Of a DNA stretch of 64,000 nucleotides, positions 49,911 to 63,450 are shown one piece after another; the stretch's first letter is position 1, and each line of letters opens with the position of its first letter. The position numbers were made by a program, and so were the translations under genes. The notes beneath the pieces are model-generated. The model was not told the origin of the DNA, did not search any database, and saw nothing but the letters and a program-made list of their open reading frames with translations. Source of the stretch: Lama guanicoe (Eukaryota); the NCBI GenBank assembly GCA_013239625.1, contig MU053304.1:2852001-2916000 (forward strand), in the 5' to 3' direction.

Positions 49911-50994
49911 TTGAAAGTTTCAACTTCAAATAAGCATGTAGAAATGGAAAACACTAAGGGAGGATACGATTTGAAGGAGATGGCTTTGCTTGAATTTTGC
50001 TTTGCATTTGAGAAATTTTTTTTTTTTTGCCTACTAGCTCAATAAAAACATTGTATATTCAGTGATACATGTCAAGGTTTTTGAGTTCATAATAGATAGA
50101 AGTTACATGAATACAAATGCCTCCTTAATATTTATTACCTAAGGCACAATTTCTTATATATTTTTCAACAGTATGCTATTTCAAGATAATTTATATAACA
50201 CTTATAAAGCACATCAAAACATTTTATGCATGTATGGTAGATAAGACACTTTTAAAGAAAAAGGTAGAATTTCAAGTCAGTTTCTACTTTCTGTCACGCA
50301 TTTCTTCTTAATTGCGCAGTGGCATTTGAGAGTATATGCTTAAATTGTCAAATGCAGATATTTAACGCAGCTTCCTTAGTTCATTGAACAAGTCAGAAGT
50401 GCCCTGTTGAGCACTGATGATTTGTGATTTTCTTTCTTTCCTAACGATGGGAACTATCTAAGCTACTCTCAGGAATACTGCTGGACCACCCCACCTTAAG
50501 ATATTCCTGATCATACCCACGCGCAGCCACTCAAAGTCAAAGAGGCCTTTCCAGTGCAAGCCACAGGGCCTGTGACAGTTATCCTGCCTATTCATACTTC
50601 AAAGCTGCCTGATGGTTGGCTTGAAAGTACACTGGCTGGCACTTACTCACTGTGTCTACTCCCTGTGGAGATACGATTTCGTCTGGCTCACACTGATATA
50701 TATACTTCCTGAAGATTACAGGGATTATTTTTCACTTATTTACTTTATCCCTTGGTTCATATTTAAGGTGAAAAAGAAGCGTTTTAAGAAGCTTGTAAGT
50801 CAGAAAGAACGAGAATTGCTATCTCAGTGCCCAGGGAAAGCAGGTCCCCACAGTTATGCCAAGATTCACTACGGCACAGCTCCCAGTCAAACTGGGCGGG
50901 AAGTGATAGTCCAGAGCAACACGAGTTTGGGCCAGAATGGGACATTGGATCTGGCCGGTTCAAGATCTCTCTATCTTCACCTATGACCTGGCTA

Positions 50995-51270
50995 TTCTTC
51001 ATTTACTTGGCAGCTGTTTACCGAACATCCCTGTGCCACGCACTTTGATATATGCCGGGCCAGCTTGGATAGAAGGCAGCCCCAGTCTTCACAAGTCTGC
51101 CTGCTAGTTGGGGGAGAAGACAGGTAACGATTATACAAAGTTTACGCGAGTCGTGATAACTGCTGTGGAGGAGAAGCGCACGGTGCTGCAAGAGACAAGA
51201 GCAGGATGATCAGGAGGAATCGCCGTGAGAAGGCAGCTCTTAAGAGGAGGTCTGAAAGATAAGAAGAAAT
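50995..51270 (-). mobile_element. L2 3' fragment
   Basis: ttcatttacttggcagctgtttaccgaacatccctgtgccacgcact...ctagttgggggagaagacagg. Confidence 0.6.
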
Positions 51271-52644
51271 AGATATGCTCTCATTTCCTACCCGTCAAGA
51301 TTGAATGAGGAGAGATCAAGTGTGTAAAAAATGTATTTGAAATCCATCCGTGGGCAGCATCAGAACTATTTTATCAAACTTACATTGGCTGTTCCTCACA
51401 CCTGGGGTCTCCGGGCTGCTGAAGATTCAGTGTCAGCTTTCAATTGAAGGATACTATGAATTACCTATTTTTAGCCTTTGGAAAGCCTCAAAAGGATCCC
51501 CCTTCCTGTGCAGGGAGAGAGAGCACTGTCCGCGCAATTTAGAATGTGATTCTTACTGAGCAGTAATTACCTGATCACAACAAGGCAAACGCTAAATATT
51601 GATTTGCTGAAAAATATGGTATAAAAATATAGGAAAGAGAGAAGAGAAGGAAAGGGAGGTTAGTGCTATGAGTGCAAAAATCTCACTTACCAGCAGTAAA
51701 GAGACAATGTCTAACACTTGTAATTAATAAATAGCAGAGGAGGAGAAAGACAAGTGTGCTTATCCAGATTAAGCAGAGTTAAACCTTTGAATGGAAGGTG
51801 TCCAAGAGAGTGATAAGAGCTTATATGAAAAAAAGCATTCTGAGTACAATGAGTTTTGCAGAGTGGGACGTGTAGAGCCATCCTCTTTAACTTGACAATG
51901 GGTCATGATTCCAGTCATGTTTTAGGATCAGCAAGCAGATCCCACCTACCACCTCCTGAGGTGCTATTCATCCATCAGAAGACATGAATTCTCTGACTAA
52001 CCCCCTACCCAACATGTGATCCATGTACCTCCAGAAAAAAATATTTTCCATGTTAAATGTGCTAGTCATTGCTGTGTGACTCTCTGAAACTTGACTTACC
52101 TTAATTACGGTAGGCAGAGTGGGATCTTTGAGAAATCACGTTGATCAAAAAGAAAACAAAAGTTTGCCGATGACTCAAAGGCCCCCCTGCTATCATCCAA
52201 GATGTCTGTAGTAATTCATCTGCTTGATATTTGATCACCATTTGGCTTGTCTTTGCCTGTACTGTCCAAGGGCATGACTCCTGAGAGTTCAGAAATGTAT
52301 CTCAGCTTTTTGTATATGAGTAATTTAAATACTCTCTGTGAGAGAAGAAGGAAGCAAGGGGAAGCCAGGTCTAATGTATTCTTTTTCCTTTCAGCTTAAC
52401 ATGCAAAGCGGCAAAACTTCCAGGGAAACCCTGTTCTTAGGGTAAATTGACTCATCCCTGTCCTCACCATCCTGGGATATCATTTTTTTCTTAAGACCAT
52501 CCCTTTCATTAGGAAGAGGTGAGAAGAGAATGCTCTCATTATCGAGGAGATGAGAGATGACAAAATTACAGTAAAAAATGATCTCATCTCATGATTCCCA
52601 AATCCTCAGATACCAGAGAGATTTTGAAAAATAAATATTTCTTT

Positions 52645-53100
52645 TGAAACAACCCAAATATTGATAAACTGATCAATGAAAAAATAAAATGCAATATATC
52701 TATACAATGGAATATTACTCAACAATAAAAACAAATGAACTATCTTTACACACTATGACATGAATGGACTTTAAAAACATTATGTTAAATCAGTCACAAA
52801 AAACACATATTTTACTCCTAAAACATATTCTAGTTACATGAAATGTCCAAAATAGGCAAATATGTAGAGATAGAAAGGAGCTGAGTGGTCATCTAGCGCT
52901 GAGGGGAGGGTATTTGGGGAGAAATAGAGACTGACTGCTAATAGATACATTTTCTTTTGTGGATGACAAAAACATTCTAAAATTGATTGTGGTGATGGTT
53001 GCACAACTCTGCGGATGTATTAAAAACCACTGAAGCATACACTTTAAATAGGTAAGTCATATGGCGTGTGAATTATATCTCAATAAACCACATCTTTAAA
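52645..53100 (+). mobile_element. L1MB-type 3' end
   Basis: tatacaatggaatattactcaacaataaaaa...aaattgattgtggtgatggttgcacaactctgcggatgtattaaaaaccactgaa...tgtgaattatatctcaataaa. Confidence 0.88.
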
Positions 53101-56100
53101 ATGGGAATTTAAAATAAATATCATGTGTTCTTTATCTGGTAAATGTATATCAGACATTGTAGCAGACATGTTTCCTCTTGCTCCAAAAGAAATGTCTTTT
53201 AAAACACCAAAAATTGTGGGAAAATAAATAATTAATCGAGTAGCATACTTATTTTTTATTTGTTTAGGTTAGAAATAAAATTGGCTTGATGTGTAGCTAG
53301 GTAAAATGTCTGTCATTGTTTACAATGTACCTTTTACTGTGTCTCTTGTCACAGACTGAATAGCTATCCCCAAAACAGCATTGCAAAGTTATTTTTGAAA
53401 AATATTGACAGTGGGAAAAGCAGACAGGCTCGACAGTCTCAAGCGTAAATAAAACTTTGTATTTCGTTTTGTGTGATTGCTGCAATCATTCCAAAGCAAT
53501 AATAACTGGATACAGATTCAGTATCATTCCAAACAGTCAAGTGTGTTCCAGAATGCCTGACAGCTCCATGGCTTATCAACATTGATGCATAAATTGCCAT
53601 TTCAGTTATCATCAGCCTAAAGTACTAATCAGGGAAAATGCCATCTTCTTTAAAAGATGATTTTGGTCCAGGATCCTGAATCTTAGCAGAAGTCTTTTGG
53701 TTGAAGGAAGAAAGGAGGCAATTTTTATTTTGAAAGACTTGTGGATCAGCATTTTAATACCACCAAATTAAGAGATCCTCTCATCTGCACAGGGCCAGAT
53801 GGCTGCATTGTTAGAAGCTGCAGAAAGAAGGAATTGAGTTCCTTCTAAGATAAAGCACAAGTGTACATTTGGTCATAGTAGACATTCAAGTGCCTAGATT
53901 TCAAAAATAATTTGACATCACGGTTTTTGTTAGCCTTTGCTAAGTCCATAAGAATGGTTTCCTTAATAGATTTTAGCTGACTTTAGAAGAGATGAAAACA
54001 TACACAGCAGAGGAAATCAAAGGTCCCACATCCTGGGCTAAAACTCCACTGTCACGAAGCCTCTTTCTTCTATAGTGATTTGCCTTTAGTGGATGCCTTA
54101 AGCAATGGCATTTCTCGACCATAACATAAGACATAACATAACTATCTGAACAGTCCAAAATATTGACTGAAATGAATACATGAAAAAATAAACACATACA
54201 TACAAATTTGAGCCTGACAATCAACACCAGTTCTTTTTTTCCAAAAATCAAACCTGAATTTTTTAATATGGCATAATAGTATTATTTTTGTCCAACTTAA
54301 TTTGTATTGAAATACAACTATTTATTAGATACAGTTAACTCAAAAAAGTGGCTATGAATTATAATCCAACTAAAATTATTTATTTTTTCTTGTTTTGCTA
54401 GTGTTTAAGGTTAACCTCTTTCTCACAGTAGCTTTTCACCAAAATATATCATATCACTGTCTAATAAAGTGTCATAGTAAAATTTTATTGCTAAAGATGC
54501 CTGCATGGTCATCCACTTGTGAAAGTGGACTTATAAGTAAAATAAATATTTGAGATCTCTTGAATAAATAATCCATAATGCTAAACAGAGAAAACAGTAT
54601 ATTGCCTACAAACATTAAAAGTCTTACTATATATAAACACCTTTGAAGCATATTTTATTCAGACCATTTAAAAGTCAAAATCATAAAGTGGCATCATTTT
54701 CTCAGTGGTACTTATCTTTACAGCATTTAATTTTAAAGCCATAAAAATGGCAGAAGAGAGGTATTTGAATTTAAAAGTTACGTACGACCACAAAATCAGT
54801 CTTGTAAAGGAGGCAAGAAAAGAAGTGTCTGTGTTCTCTCGGCGAGGATGATGCATTTCCATCTGCTTTGGCTGAGTTTATCTACCGATGCTCTGCACGA
54901 AGATGTGTGCAGACACGATGTGGAATGTATTTTACGTGAAGAGAAAGGAGCTTTCATTCCAAGAAAAACATGAATATCTTTTATCTGTATTTATTACCAG
55001 TGTTTACCAGTTCTCAACTTTTTGCCTATTGCTATGTTTTAGCAAAGCCTTATTCATGAGACAAAGAAGCCAATCTATGTACTTTAAATAATACCAATAG
55101 CTGGATTAACATTAACCCAGTTAATTCTCCTATAACTTCTCCTTCTATTCCCTTATATCCTTATTGACAAAAAACTTTGCAATAAATAAGGCAAATATTT
55201 ATTGCAGTTGTAACAATTATTGTGGAAATACCTAATTGTAACCCATAGATCTCCCTCAATTCTTATTGCACAGGAAGTGTACCATTAAATTATGATTTCC
55301 TCTTTCATTCAGCTCTTTAAAAAACCTGATGAATTGCTGTAGAGTCTTTTATTGTGCACAAAGAAGGCATCTTGTCACCAACTTTGATCTCGCCCTGGAG
55401 CTCCTCTAGGAAGCTTCTCTTGCCTTAGACGCCACAGCCTCTGTCCTCTCCCCCTCCTCACCTGTGCTTAGCACAGAGCCTCTTACCTTTACTCAACAGG
55501 TGCTGATCAGGGAAAAATCATCCATTTATTGTTTGTGCCATTTTCCCTCTTCCAATTTTAAATGTGTCCAGTCTGCCTTCCAAGTTTACCTCAAATCCAG
55601 CTTATCCAAGATGTCATTTGTGATTGATCCCTTTTTCCCAACTCCCTTCACCAGCACACAGGCTGGTCACTTCCATCACACTTCCATGCTCTCCATCAGT
55701 TTAGGGATGTGTTCTGCCTCCAGCAGACCATAACTCTCTGAGGGAAAGAACAATACTTCGTACCATTTGTTTTCCCAGCACCAGCACCAAGCCATGCACC
55801 TTGGAGATGTAGTGCACTTAGTTGCCCCCATCAACCTACAGAAACCGCCCCCCATGCCCACCATTCCCCAGCTCTTCTGGACGGAGGCTTGTCTTCCCCC
55901 TCCACTTAGAGTTCAGCATCCGTGCGGATGGCTATAACTCGAGTCAACAGCACACAGTCATAGACAGGGAACATACGCTAAGAGCATCCATCATGGAGAC
56001 CATTTCATCACCAAGTGGATGTATTTTGAAACTATCGAAGCTTGAAATTCATTGCTCCTTGGCTGCACAGGACCCACTCCCAGGTGCTCACATGCTTATT

Positions 56101-56739
56101 TCATTTGTGTAATTTTCAAAGTGAAGACATTTGAACGGCAACTGTCTCATTCTGTTCAGACTCCCACTGCATCTTACCTCTTCTCATGAAGGGGGTCCTC
56201 AGAGTGACCACAGGCACGTGTAGGGTCTGGCTTAAGGGGGATTTGAGTGGGTCTGTGTGCACATAAGATACATCTATGTGGCTTGAGATACAATTAAGTG
56301 GCTGCTGGCCATCCACCGGAAGGAGTGGCTTGCAGGAATGCTCATCTCGATGGCGGCAGCACAGCCATGCCCAGACATGACGGTGACAAGGCAGAGGCAG
56401 TTTCACGACACGAGCTTGCCTCACCATCTCCAATACCAGAAACAGATGAGTAGCGGAAAGAAAACAAGGTCTGTGTGCCAGGAGTTAGTCTGGGGAGAAT
56501 TCTTCTAGTCATCAGACATGTGAAATTATAAATACAAGATTGGGTTCTCATTGGTGCCTGCTCAACACAGAAGTTACCTCCTGGTGGGAAATTCGATAAT
56601 ACAGCATTGAAAATCATAAATTCACCATGAACCTTTTTTTTTTCTTTTTAAATAGGCATCTAACAAACGAGCATTTATCCAGATTTTTATGTTTGTAGAG
56701 CACAAACTTATAAAGTATTAATGAGTAATGGATATACCT

Positions 56740-57222
56740 ATAACAACTCATATAAATATAATAAATTTCATAAAGAAATTATACAGTGGCTTCCCACTAA
56801 ATTTGACAACTTGGAAAATGTATAAGATATTGGCAATAAAAGTTTATGAAGCTGAAAAAATGTAATCAATAGTGTCAGAGTAAGACCGAATTTGCTTCCT
56901 ATTCTCTCTAGAGAAAATGATGTTATAAGACTGCTTTCATACAAAAAGATGATCAGAATATGGAGCCAAAAATGTAGGGGAAAGTACAATGAAGGTGAAC
57001 TGGGCAGTTTATTAATTAAAATACCATCTTTCTGGAAGTTCTCATGTTTGTGGTATTTGTCAGTCCTTTTAAATTTGAGATTCATTGTGACTCTTTTCTC
57101 CTTCTAAATAAATATTCACTTTCACATCTAATTTAGAATTTTCAATTTCATCATTTTTTTCTTAAAGAAGTTCTCCCAAAATCGTATGGACATCAGGCCC
57201 AAAAAACCTGGATCCTCCCTCA
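56740..57222 (+). mobile_element. hAT-Tip100 (Zaphod/MER115-like) fragment with transposase C-terminal remnant; strand is the transposase sense
   Basis: ORF remnant LPILSRENDVIRLLSYKKMIRIWSQKCRGK resembles the hAT C-terminal dimerisation region; terminal tcaggcccaaaaaacctggatcctccct resembles the Zaphod end. Confidence 0.65.
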
Positions 57223-57860
57223 CCACCAAGATATAGAAAGATATATCCGCTAAGTAGAAGCAAGTGGTTGGTTTCTGTCTTGCTTTATCCCGGTCTTGGC
57301 CCAGCTAGCAAGTGTGGAGGGTTTCCTCCAAATATAGGCAGAGTTTCACACCGTAGCACAAAATTAATGAAAAATGTTCGTCTTCAGAAACTAAAGACAG
57401 TACCGGAGGGCAGGGAAATAGTTACTATAGATGCTTTTCTTTGGCCTCTCTGCTTTGCCATCTCCCACTGTGAAATAAGACAATAAGAGCTTTGTCATGC
57501 CCAGGGGCAAGGAAACGCACCTTTTTTAAGGTGAATGGAAAATCGCCTGTTTAACCAATTCAGTAACTTCCGTCCCAGCCACATAGAACTAAAAGTTCCT
57601 GAATGCTAATGGAGACTGAACCAATTTTCCAAGGGCAAACTTACTATCATTATATGAATATTCTCAAACTGCTCTAGGTCATGAACACCTTCTAAGCACA
57701 ACACTATTTATACTCCCATTTGCATTGTCTGAGACAGGATTCATTCCCAAATCCTCCTTATCTACCCACCTTATTAACCCAAAGGAAGAGAACCTCTGAA
57801 TGAGAATGTGGGTGGATTTTCATGCCTTTCTTTACTCCAAATGCCCATCAAGTTATTCTT

Positions 57861-58000
57861 TTTAAATTTTTTAAAATTTCTTTTTAGAGGGGTAATTAGA
57901 TTTATTTATTTATTTATTGTAATGGAGGCACTGGGGATTGAACCCAGGACCTCATGCAGGCTAAGCACAGGCTCTACAACTGAGCTATAGCCTCCCCTCA
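57861..58000 (-). mobile_element. tRNA-derived camelid SINE (Vic-1-like) with target-site duplication
   Basis: aatggaggcactggggattgaacccaggacctcatgcaggctaagcacaggctctacaactgagctatagcctcccc; TSD ccatcaagtt(a)ttctt at 57845-57860 and 58001-58015, followed by AA (L1-endonuclease-type site). Confidence 0.9.
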
Positions 58001-59316
58001 CCATCAAGTTTTCTTAACAAGCAGATACTGCTCCCTAAGGATGCACTGCAATGATACTGTGAACCAGGAAATGGAAGAAATCTCCCAATATTTGGGAGTA
58101 AAACAGTTAGTGATCTTTGCCCTTCAGCAATATATAACAATTTTAGTCTTTAAATTTTTCCCAAAAATCTTTTAATTATGGTTCTTTTTTAACCTCAAAA
58201 AGAAAAAGAATGGACTCTAAGAAACAATGACCTCAAACGACTAACTGAAATCAAAAGGCCCCATATGCTTGGAGGCGCCTACTTAAGTCCAAACATCTGA
58301 CTAAATACCCAGATAATTAATGTCCTCAGTTTTTTATGATCAGATCAACTTGTTAAGAATAAAAACGTCTGGATGATTTTTAGCAAACTACTGTAAAACT
58401 GTATTTGCATTACCTCATTTGACATGAACCTTTCAAGACCTGTTTCTGACACTTTTCTTTCTCCAGGCCTGTGTTGCAATCGACTCTCTCCCTGTTTCTT
58501 TACAGTGTGTTGCACTTTCCTACCTTCCAATCATCACTCATGCTATCTGAACTACTGGGGACATCCACCGCTCTCCCTCCCCATCAAAATCTTATTCATC
58601 GCTCAAGAGCATATCTCGCCCCTTTGAGACTTTTCTTAAAATTTTCTTTTCCCCATCCCCATCTGAATGACCGTAGCAGATTCTTTTCTTTTTTTTTTTT
58701 TAACCTATGTGATGTATTATATTGTTGCTCTGAATTGTTATATAATACTGGGACTATTATCTTTGTACTCTTATTTATTAAAACATTTATTTAAGATAGC
58801 TAAAAATGAGGCAAACTCTGCAAGATTATATACATTAAAATTAACTCAAACAATGAGACAAAGAGAAATCCATTTATCATAGATGATATGAAAAGTGGGT
58901 GGAGAAAGGGAGCAGAAAATGAGAGGAAAGAGGAAAACTGCAAGAAGTGTTTGTTGCAGTTATAAACAGAGGTTGAGAGTATTACAAGTCTTTTTCTTAT
59001 TTCATGAGATTCAACAACGCTTTATAAACCTGAAAATTTTGTTGGGACTGTTAACACTGGCTCTCATATAGAGAGGCTTTGTTTTGTTTGTCCTGCCATG
59101 AGGCAGAGGGTATTTGGTGGGTTCAGTGGCAATTATGAATAGGATGTTGTAGATTTTTACAGAAGCCCAAAGGTAAGATGGCTGTTTCTGTGCCAGATCA
59201 ACTACACAAAATGTGTACAACTCTCAAGTCCTTTGTCCCAAACTAGTATCTGCTTTCCTCAAAAAGGCCACCAGATTTCTCACTTGATTGATGATGATAC
59301 CTGCCCTCTTTCCCAG

Positions 59317-59376
59317 GTCTGCTTTGTGAACCTGGATGTAAACAAGGATGCGTGCAGCACGGAGCACCTACAGCAG
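59317..59376 (+). CDS. SPHKAP: SPHKAP coding exon (probable exon 4), 60 nt, phase 0/0
   Basis: Encodes VCFVNLDVNKDACSTEHLQQ; acceptor ctgccctctttcccAG|G, donor CAG|GTAACA; continues the previous exon without a gap. Confidence 0.96.
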
Positions 59377-60276
59377 GTAACACTGAGAACTGAGCTCTCC
59401 AGGAGCTCACGTCTAGGGCTAGCTGTATTGATGAGAGAACCAACCTGATTTCACTGTAAATGATGCTCATTTTATAGGAGACTCTTTAATTAGAAGGTTT
59501 CATCATAGCCCATCCTGTCTGCAATGACTTTTCTGAGGTTTTTACAAAACTTGATACCGGTCAGCCCCATCCTCTGGCTATGAGGTTTGCTTCTTCCTGC
59601 TACTTTCATCAAATGTTTTCCATCTAACTTCGGTTTCCCAGCCCTACGGTCACCTGGGATCCAAACTTTTTGCATTCTGCAACAGCTAAATTTTCCAAGC
59701 TCATCCAAGGTTGCAAGGATCCTGTTGTAAATCCTTGGCAATATGCAAACACTTGAAGATCTACTCAGTCCTTTGAAACCAGAGGCTGTGGGTACAGTGG
59801 GAAGAATTAATTGGTGTGCTACGATTATCATTTCATGCCCTCAGATGAAGATGGTTTGATTTCACTGTTTGGTGTAGCACTGTTTAATGTTTAATGTATA
59901 ATAGCACACCATATGCAGCTTGATTGTCATACAGTACAGGAGACCTGAAATTACTCACTCCTATAATGTTCTTTTCTTGATAATGCTGCACCTGAAGCTT
60001 CTCAAACTCAATTGCCCATGCAGATTATTTATTATAGATTTCCACTGAACTCCAAATATCACTTACCTGTGCAGTACGGTGAGATATTCAAAGGAAATTG
60101 TACACATAATTTCATTTGATGGAATTACGGTGCAGAGGCCATTAAAGAGAGAGAGGAAGGAAGAAAGCAAGTTGGCATCTTAAGAACTGTGTGTTTCCTT
60201 CAAATCTTATGACATAGAAAAGATGCCCTATAACTTAACAGCATTTTTTCCTACTCTTATCTCTTCGATTAATGTG

Positions 60277-60310
60277 ATTTCCATGGAAACAAAAATGTTT
60301 CCATGGTAAT
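60277..60310. promoter_or_regulatory. Tandem RFX X-box-like motifs in SPHKAP intron 4
   Basis: ATTTCCATGGAAAC and GTTTCCATGGTAAT, each one mismatch from GTTNCCATGGNAAC, 6 nt apart; binding is not demonstrated. Confidence 0.45.
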
Positions 60311-60609
60311 CTTTTGAACAGCTATTACAGTATTTAAATATGCAAATAGATGACATTTTAATTTTTAAATATATGTGAAATGGACACGTAGTAATATTAT
60401 AAAAATTACATTTTTAGAGTAAAATGCATATGTAAATATGTAGTTCTAACTAATCTGAGTTGTGTATGAATTTCTTAGTATTCTCCACTTGTGTTCTCAG
60501 GTTTTGAAATTCTTTTTGTTGAAATGTAAAAAAAAAGTATAGATGTCTACTACAATAAAAAGACTAAAGCAAAAAAAAGCAGTGTTCTTAAAGACTTTAT
60601 GAGTGATTT

Positions 60610-60845
60610 GAGACAGTCTCCTGCTTTGCCTAAGGACGTACGTAAGCTGATTTAGCTACATAAAGTTGTTCAGGATATTAATCTTCTCTGGGTCTCAGGC
60701 TACTTATGTGTAAAAAGAAAGTAACAGTGGTGCCTAATTCATATAGGGGTGTTGTAGGAATTGAATGTAGTGATGTAACATATGTACAGTCCTGGATATG
60801 GTGACTTATATTGCAGAAAAAGCAATGCTAGTGATTATTTTATTA
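60610..60845 (+). mobile_element. MIR SINE (degraded)
   Basis: ttaatcttctctgggtctcaggctacttatgtgtaaaaag...ggttgtaggaattgaatg...acagtcctggatatggtga. Confidence 0.6.
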
Positions 60846-61219
60846 TTGATGTTATTATAGGTTTTATTAGAACATATGATTATGAGTCAATGAGTCTCTT
60901 ATCCAAGGACTTAAAAGGAAAAAACATTCCCAAACTATTATGTATTCCTCTGGTGTCACAATAACATCAAGTGTTTACTTTGGGAAACTTAGGACTGAAA
61001 AATGTTTAAATCTTTATGCTTGGGAAATTTTCTGTTCCAATCTAAACCTTTATGCTTCAACTTTACACAATCTCACCTAGTAACAATCTTAGTAGACTAA
61101 GTAATCTCTATTATGAGTACTGATATGAATATATTATTTTTGCAAGGAAAGTAGTTTTGGGGTAGTATTTTGGAAGTGAAAATAAATCATCTAAACTAAT
61201 AAAGATCCTTGTCCTACAG

Positions 61220-61354
61220 AAACTGGTCAACGTTTCACCAGATCTTCCAAAACTTATCAGCTCCATGAATGTTCAACAGCCAAAAGAGAATGAAATTGTC
61301 CTCCTGAGTGGGTTAACATCTGGAAATCTCCAGGCAGATTTTGAAGTTTCACAG
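61220..61354 (+). CDS. SPHKAP: SPHKAP coding exon (probable exon 5), 135 nt, phase 0/0
   Basis: Manual translation KLVNVSPDLPKLISSMNVQQPKENEIVLLSGLTSGNLQADFEVSQ (not in the ORF track); acceptor tccttgtcctacAG|A, donor CAG|GTAAGT. Confidence 0.96.
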
Positions 61355-62470
61355 GTAAGTCATACAAGCTCTTGATAAACTATTCACTTGTAATAAGTTA
61401 CCTGTGGTCAGTTCTTAGCACAAAGCAGTATGAGGCTCCCATAGATGCTATATATAAATTCCCATAGCTTAAGAACTTAAAAGTGTTTGTATTCAAGAAT
61501 AGGCTTTTCTTGTTTTTTTCCTAAATATGGCCCCTCATATTTGACACAGTTTCCCTTACATCAACTCCTAACATGTATTATCTTCTCAAGTTTATGGTGC
61601 TAAGTTATGCTTAAACTCAAGTGGACACACTAGGCATTGGTTGGTTCACTTGGCTTTCTACAAATCTCCTGGGTAATGAAAAATAGAATTGCCTTCTATT
61701 TCAGGAATAATAGCAACATTCTAATTCATACCATGTGGATCCAGAACTGCATAATTTCTTCTTTCTGGATGTTATTTATTTCCTGGGATATACCAAACCA
61801 GCCAAGCTAATAAATACAGGATAGCAGTCCCAAAGATGTAAATGGAGTTTTCTAAGCCCAAAAATGAAATCCCCAGAAGAAAAGACTGTTACTAAAAATA
61901 AAGTAGGAATTAAAATACTATTAACATTCAGCCTACTAATGTTCATTATTAGATAAATCATTATAACATTGAAGAAAGCTTTCAAATTTAAATTATTTAA
62001 CCAATTTACAGAAAAATACATAAAAGATCCCTAAAGATACACTGTGTAAAAGACGGCAAAGTTTTTCAAGTAAGATATGTTGGTAGTGACAGCTACAGAT
62101 AAAATTACTGAGCATTTGTTTTCTTCCAAATTGTTCTTCCTTGAGTTTTAATTTTGCTGGAAAGTTTTTAAATCTTCTTTTATTCTTTAATCCGTCACAA
62201 TATCAAAAACTTCAGAGGCCCACCCACTACTTCTTGCTGTACTCGAGATGCTTAGTGAAAATCTACACAGAGTTCATTACAATTTGCTTATCAAGACTAG
62301 AACAAAATGCTTCCCAGTCAATCTAACACCTTGTTTCCTTAGGAGGAAAATTAATAGTTTTGAAAGGAGAACACAGAAATGGCTTTAAATGCCCTCTTTA
62401 TATTAGGCAAAATCATGATAATTAAAAGTAATTTTAAAACCTGAGTTTTAAGAGTATTTCTGCACCAGGA

Positions 62471-62990
62471 CTGTTAGGGTTTATGATGAAATACAACAGA
62501 AAATTGGCTTAAGCTCAAAGAGAATGTACTGTCTCATGTCACTGAAAAATGCAGTAGGTAGATTAAATACAGGGACTTAACCAATGTCATCGGGACATGG
62601 ATTTTCTCTGGTGGCCTCTTTTCTGCTTTTCCTCTGTTTATCCGATCACCAGACAAGCTCTTTCTGCACAGAGGCAACACCCCTTTGGATTCAAGTAGAG
62701 CAAGAAGGAGTGAGTGTCTGTTCCAGGTAGCTCCCAGAAATAGCCTCATGGTGGGCTGCGCGCCCTCATGTGTCACGTCCATTTCTGAATCAATCACTAT
62801 GGCCTGAGAAAGCAGTGTTCCGATTGGCCAGGCCTGAGTCACATGATAACTTCTGGAGGAGGAAATGAATTAGCTCCTTGTGACTCACTTAGACTGTGAG
62901 TGGGCCAGAAAATGGCACTTCCCAAGGTATAAGAACCAGAAGAAGGGTGAATGATATTGGGTCTCAAATGTAACACAGATGTTCACTGGT
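62471..62990 (-). mobile_element. Old MaLR LTR (MLT1J/MLT1K-like)
   Basis: aacagaaaattggcttaagc...ctcatgtcactgaaaa...tctgaatcaatcactatggcc...gattggccaggcctgagtcacatg. Confidence 0.7.
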
Positions 62991-63339
62991 GTCAGGGAAA
63001 GTCGAACTGCCCAGAACTCATTAATGATCATCCATCAAAAACATGTTCAAAATTTTGTGTACATTCCTAGGACCTGTCAAGAATTGCCAGTAAGCTACAA
63101 CATTCTTAAATATTTCACGCTTCTTTATTCCAAGAGCCCTCACCACTTTCTCTGCACCTCTTCACCCTTCTGCAGTCTCCCAAAGGACTACATCATTTTG
63201 GAGGTACCACAGCCCGTACGTTTTAAAAAGTCAACAGTGTCAGAGCATCGTGCCAATGCTGAGTCCATCTTAGTCAACCATAGCCAGTACCTACTTGTTA
63301 GGGGTATTCCAAGTTTGACCACCATGCCCCATGAAAGTT

Positions 63340-63450
63340 CATTACCTGTTAATCCATAAGTAAGGATAGAGATATTGGCAAGGCAGCTTGAGCTGGGTTA
63401 ATGGGGGAAGTCTAAATTCATCCCGAGGGCACAGCTCATGTTCCCACTGA
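63340..63450 (-). mobile_element. MIR fragment
   Basis: atgggggaagtctaaattcatcccgagggcacagctc; weak reverse-core similarity. Confidence 0.35.
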
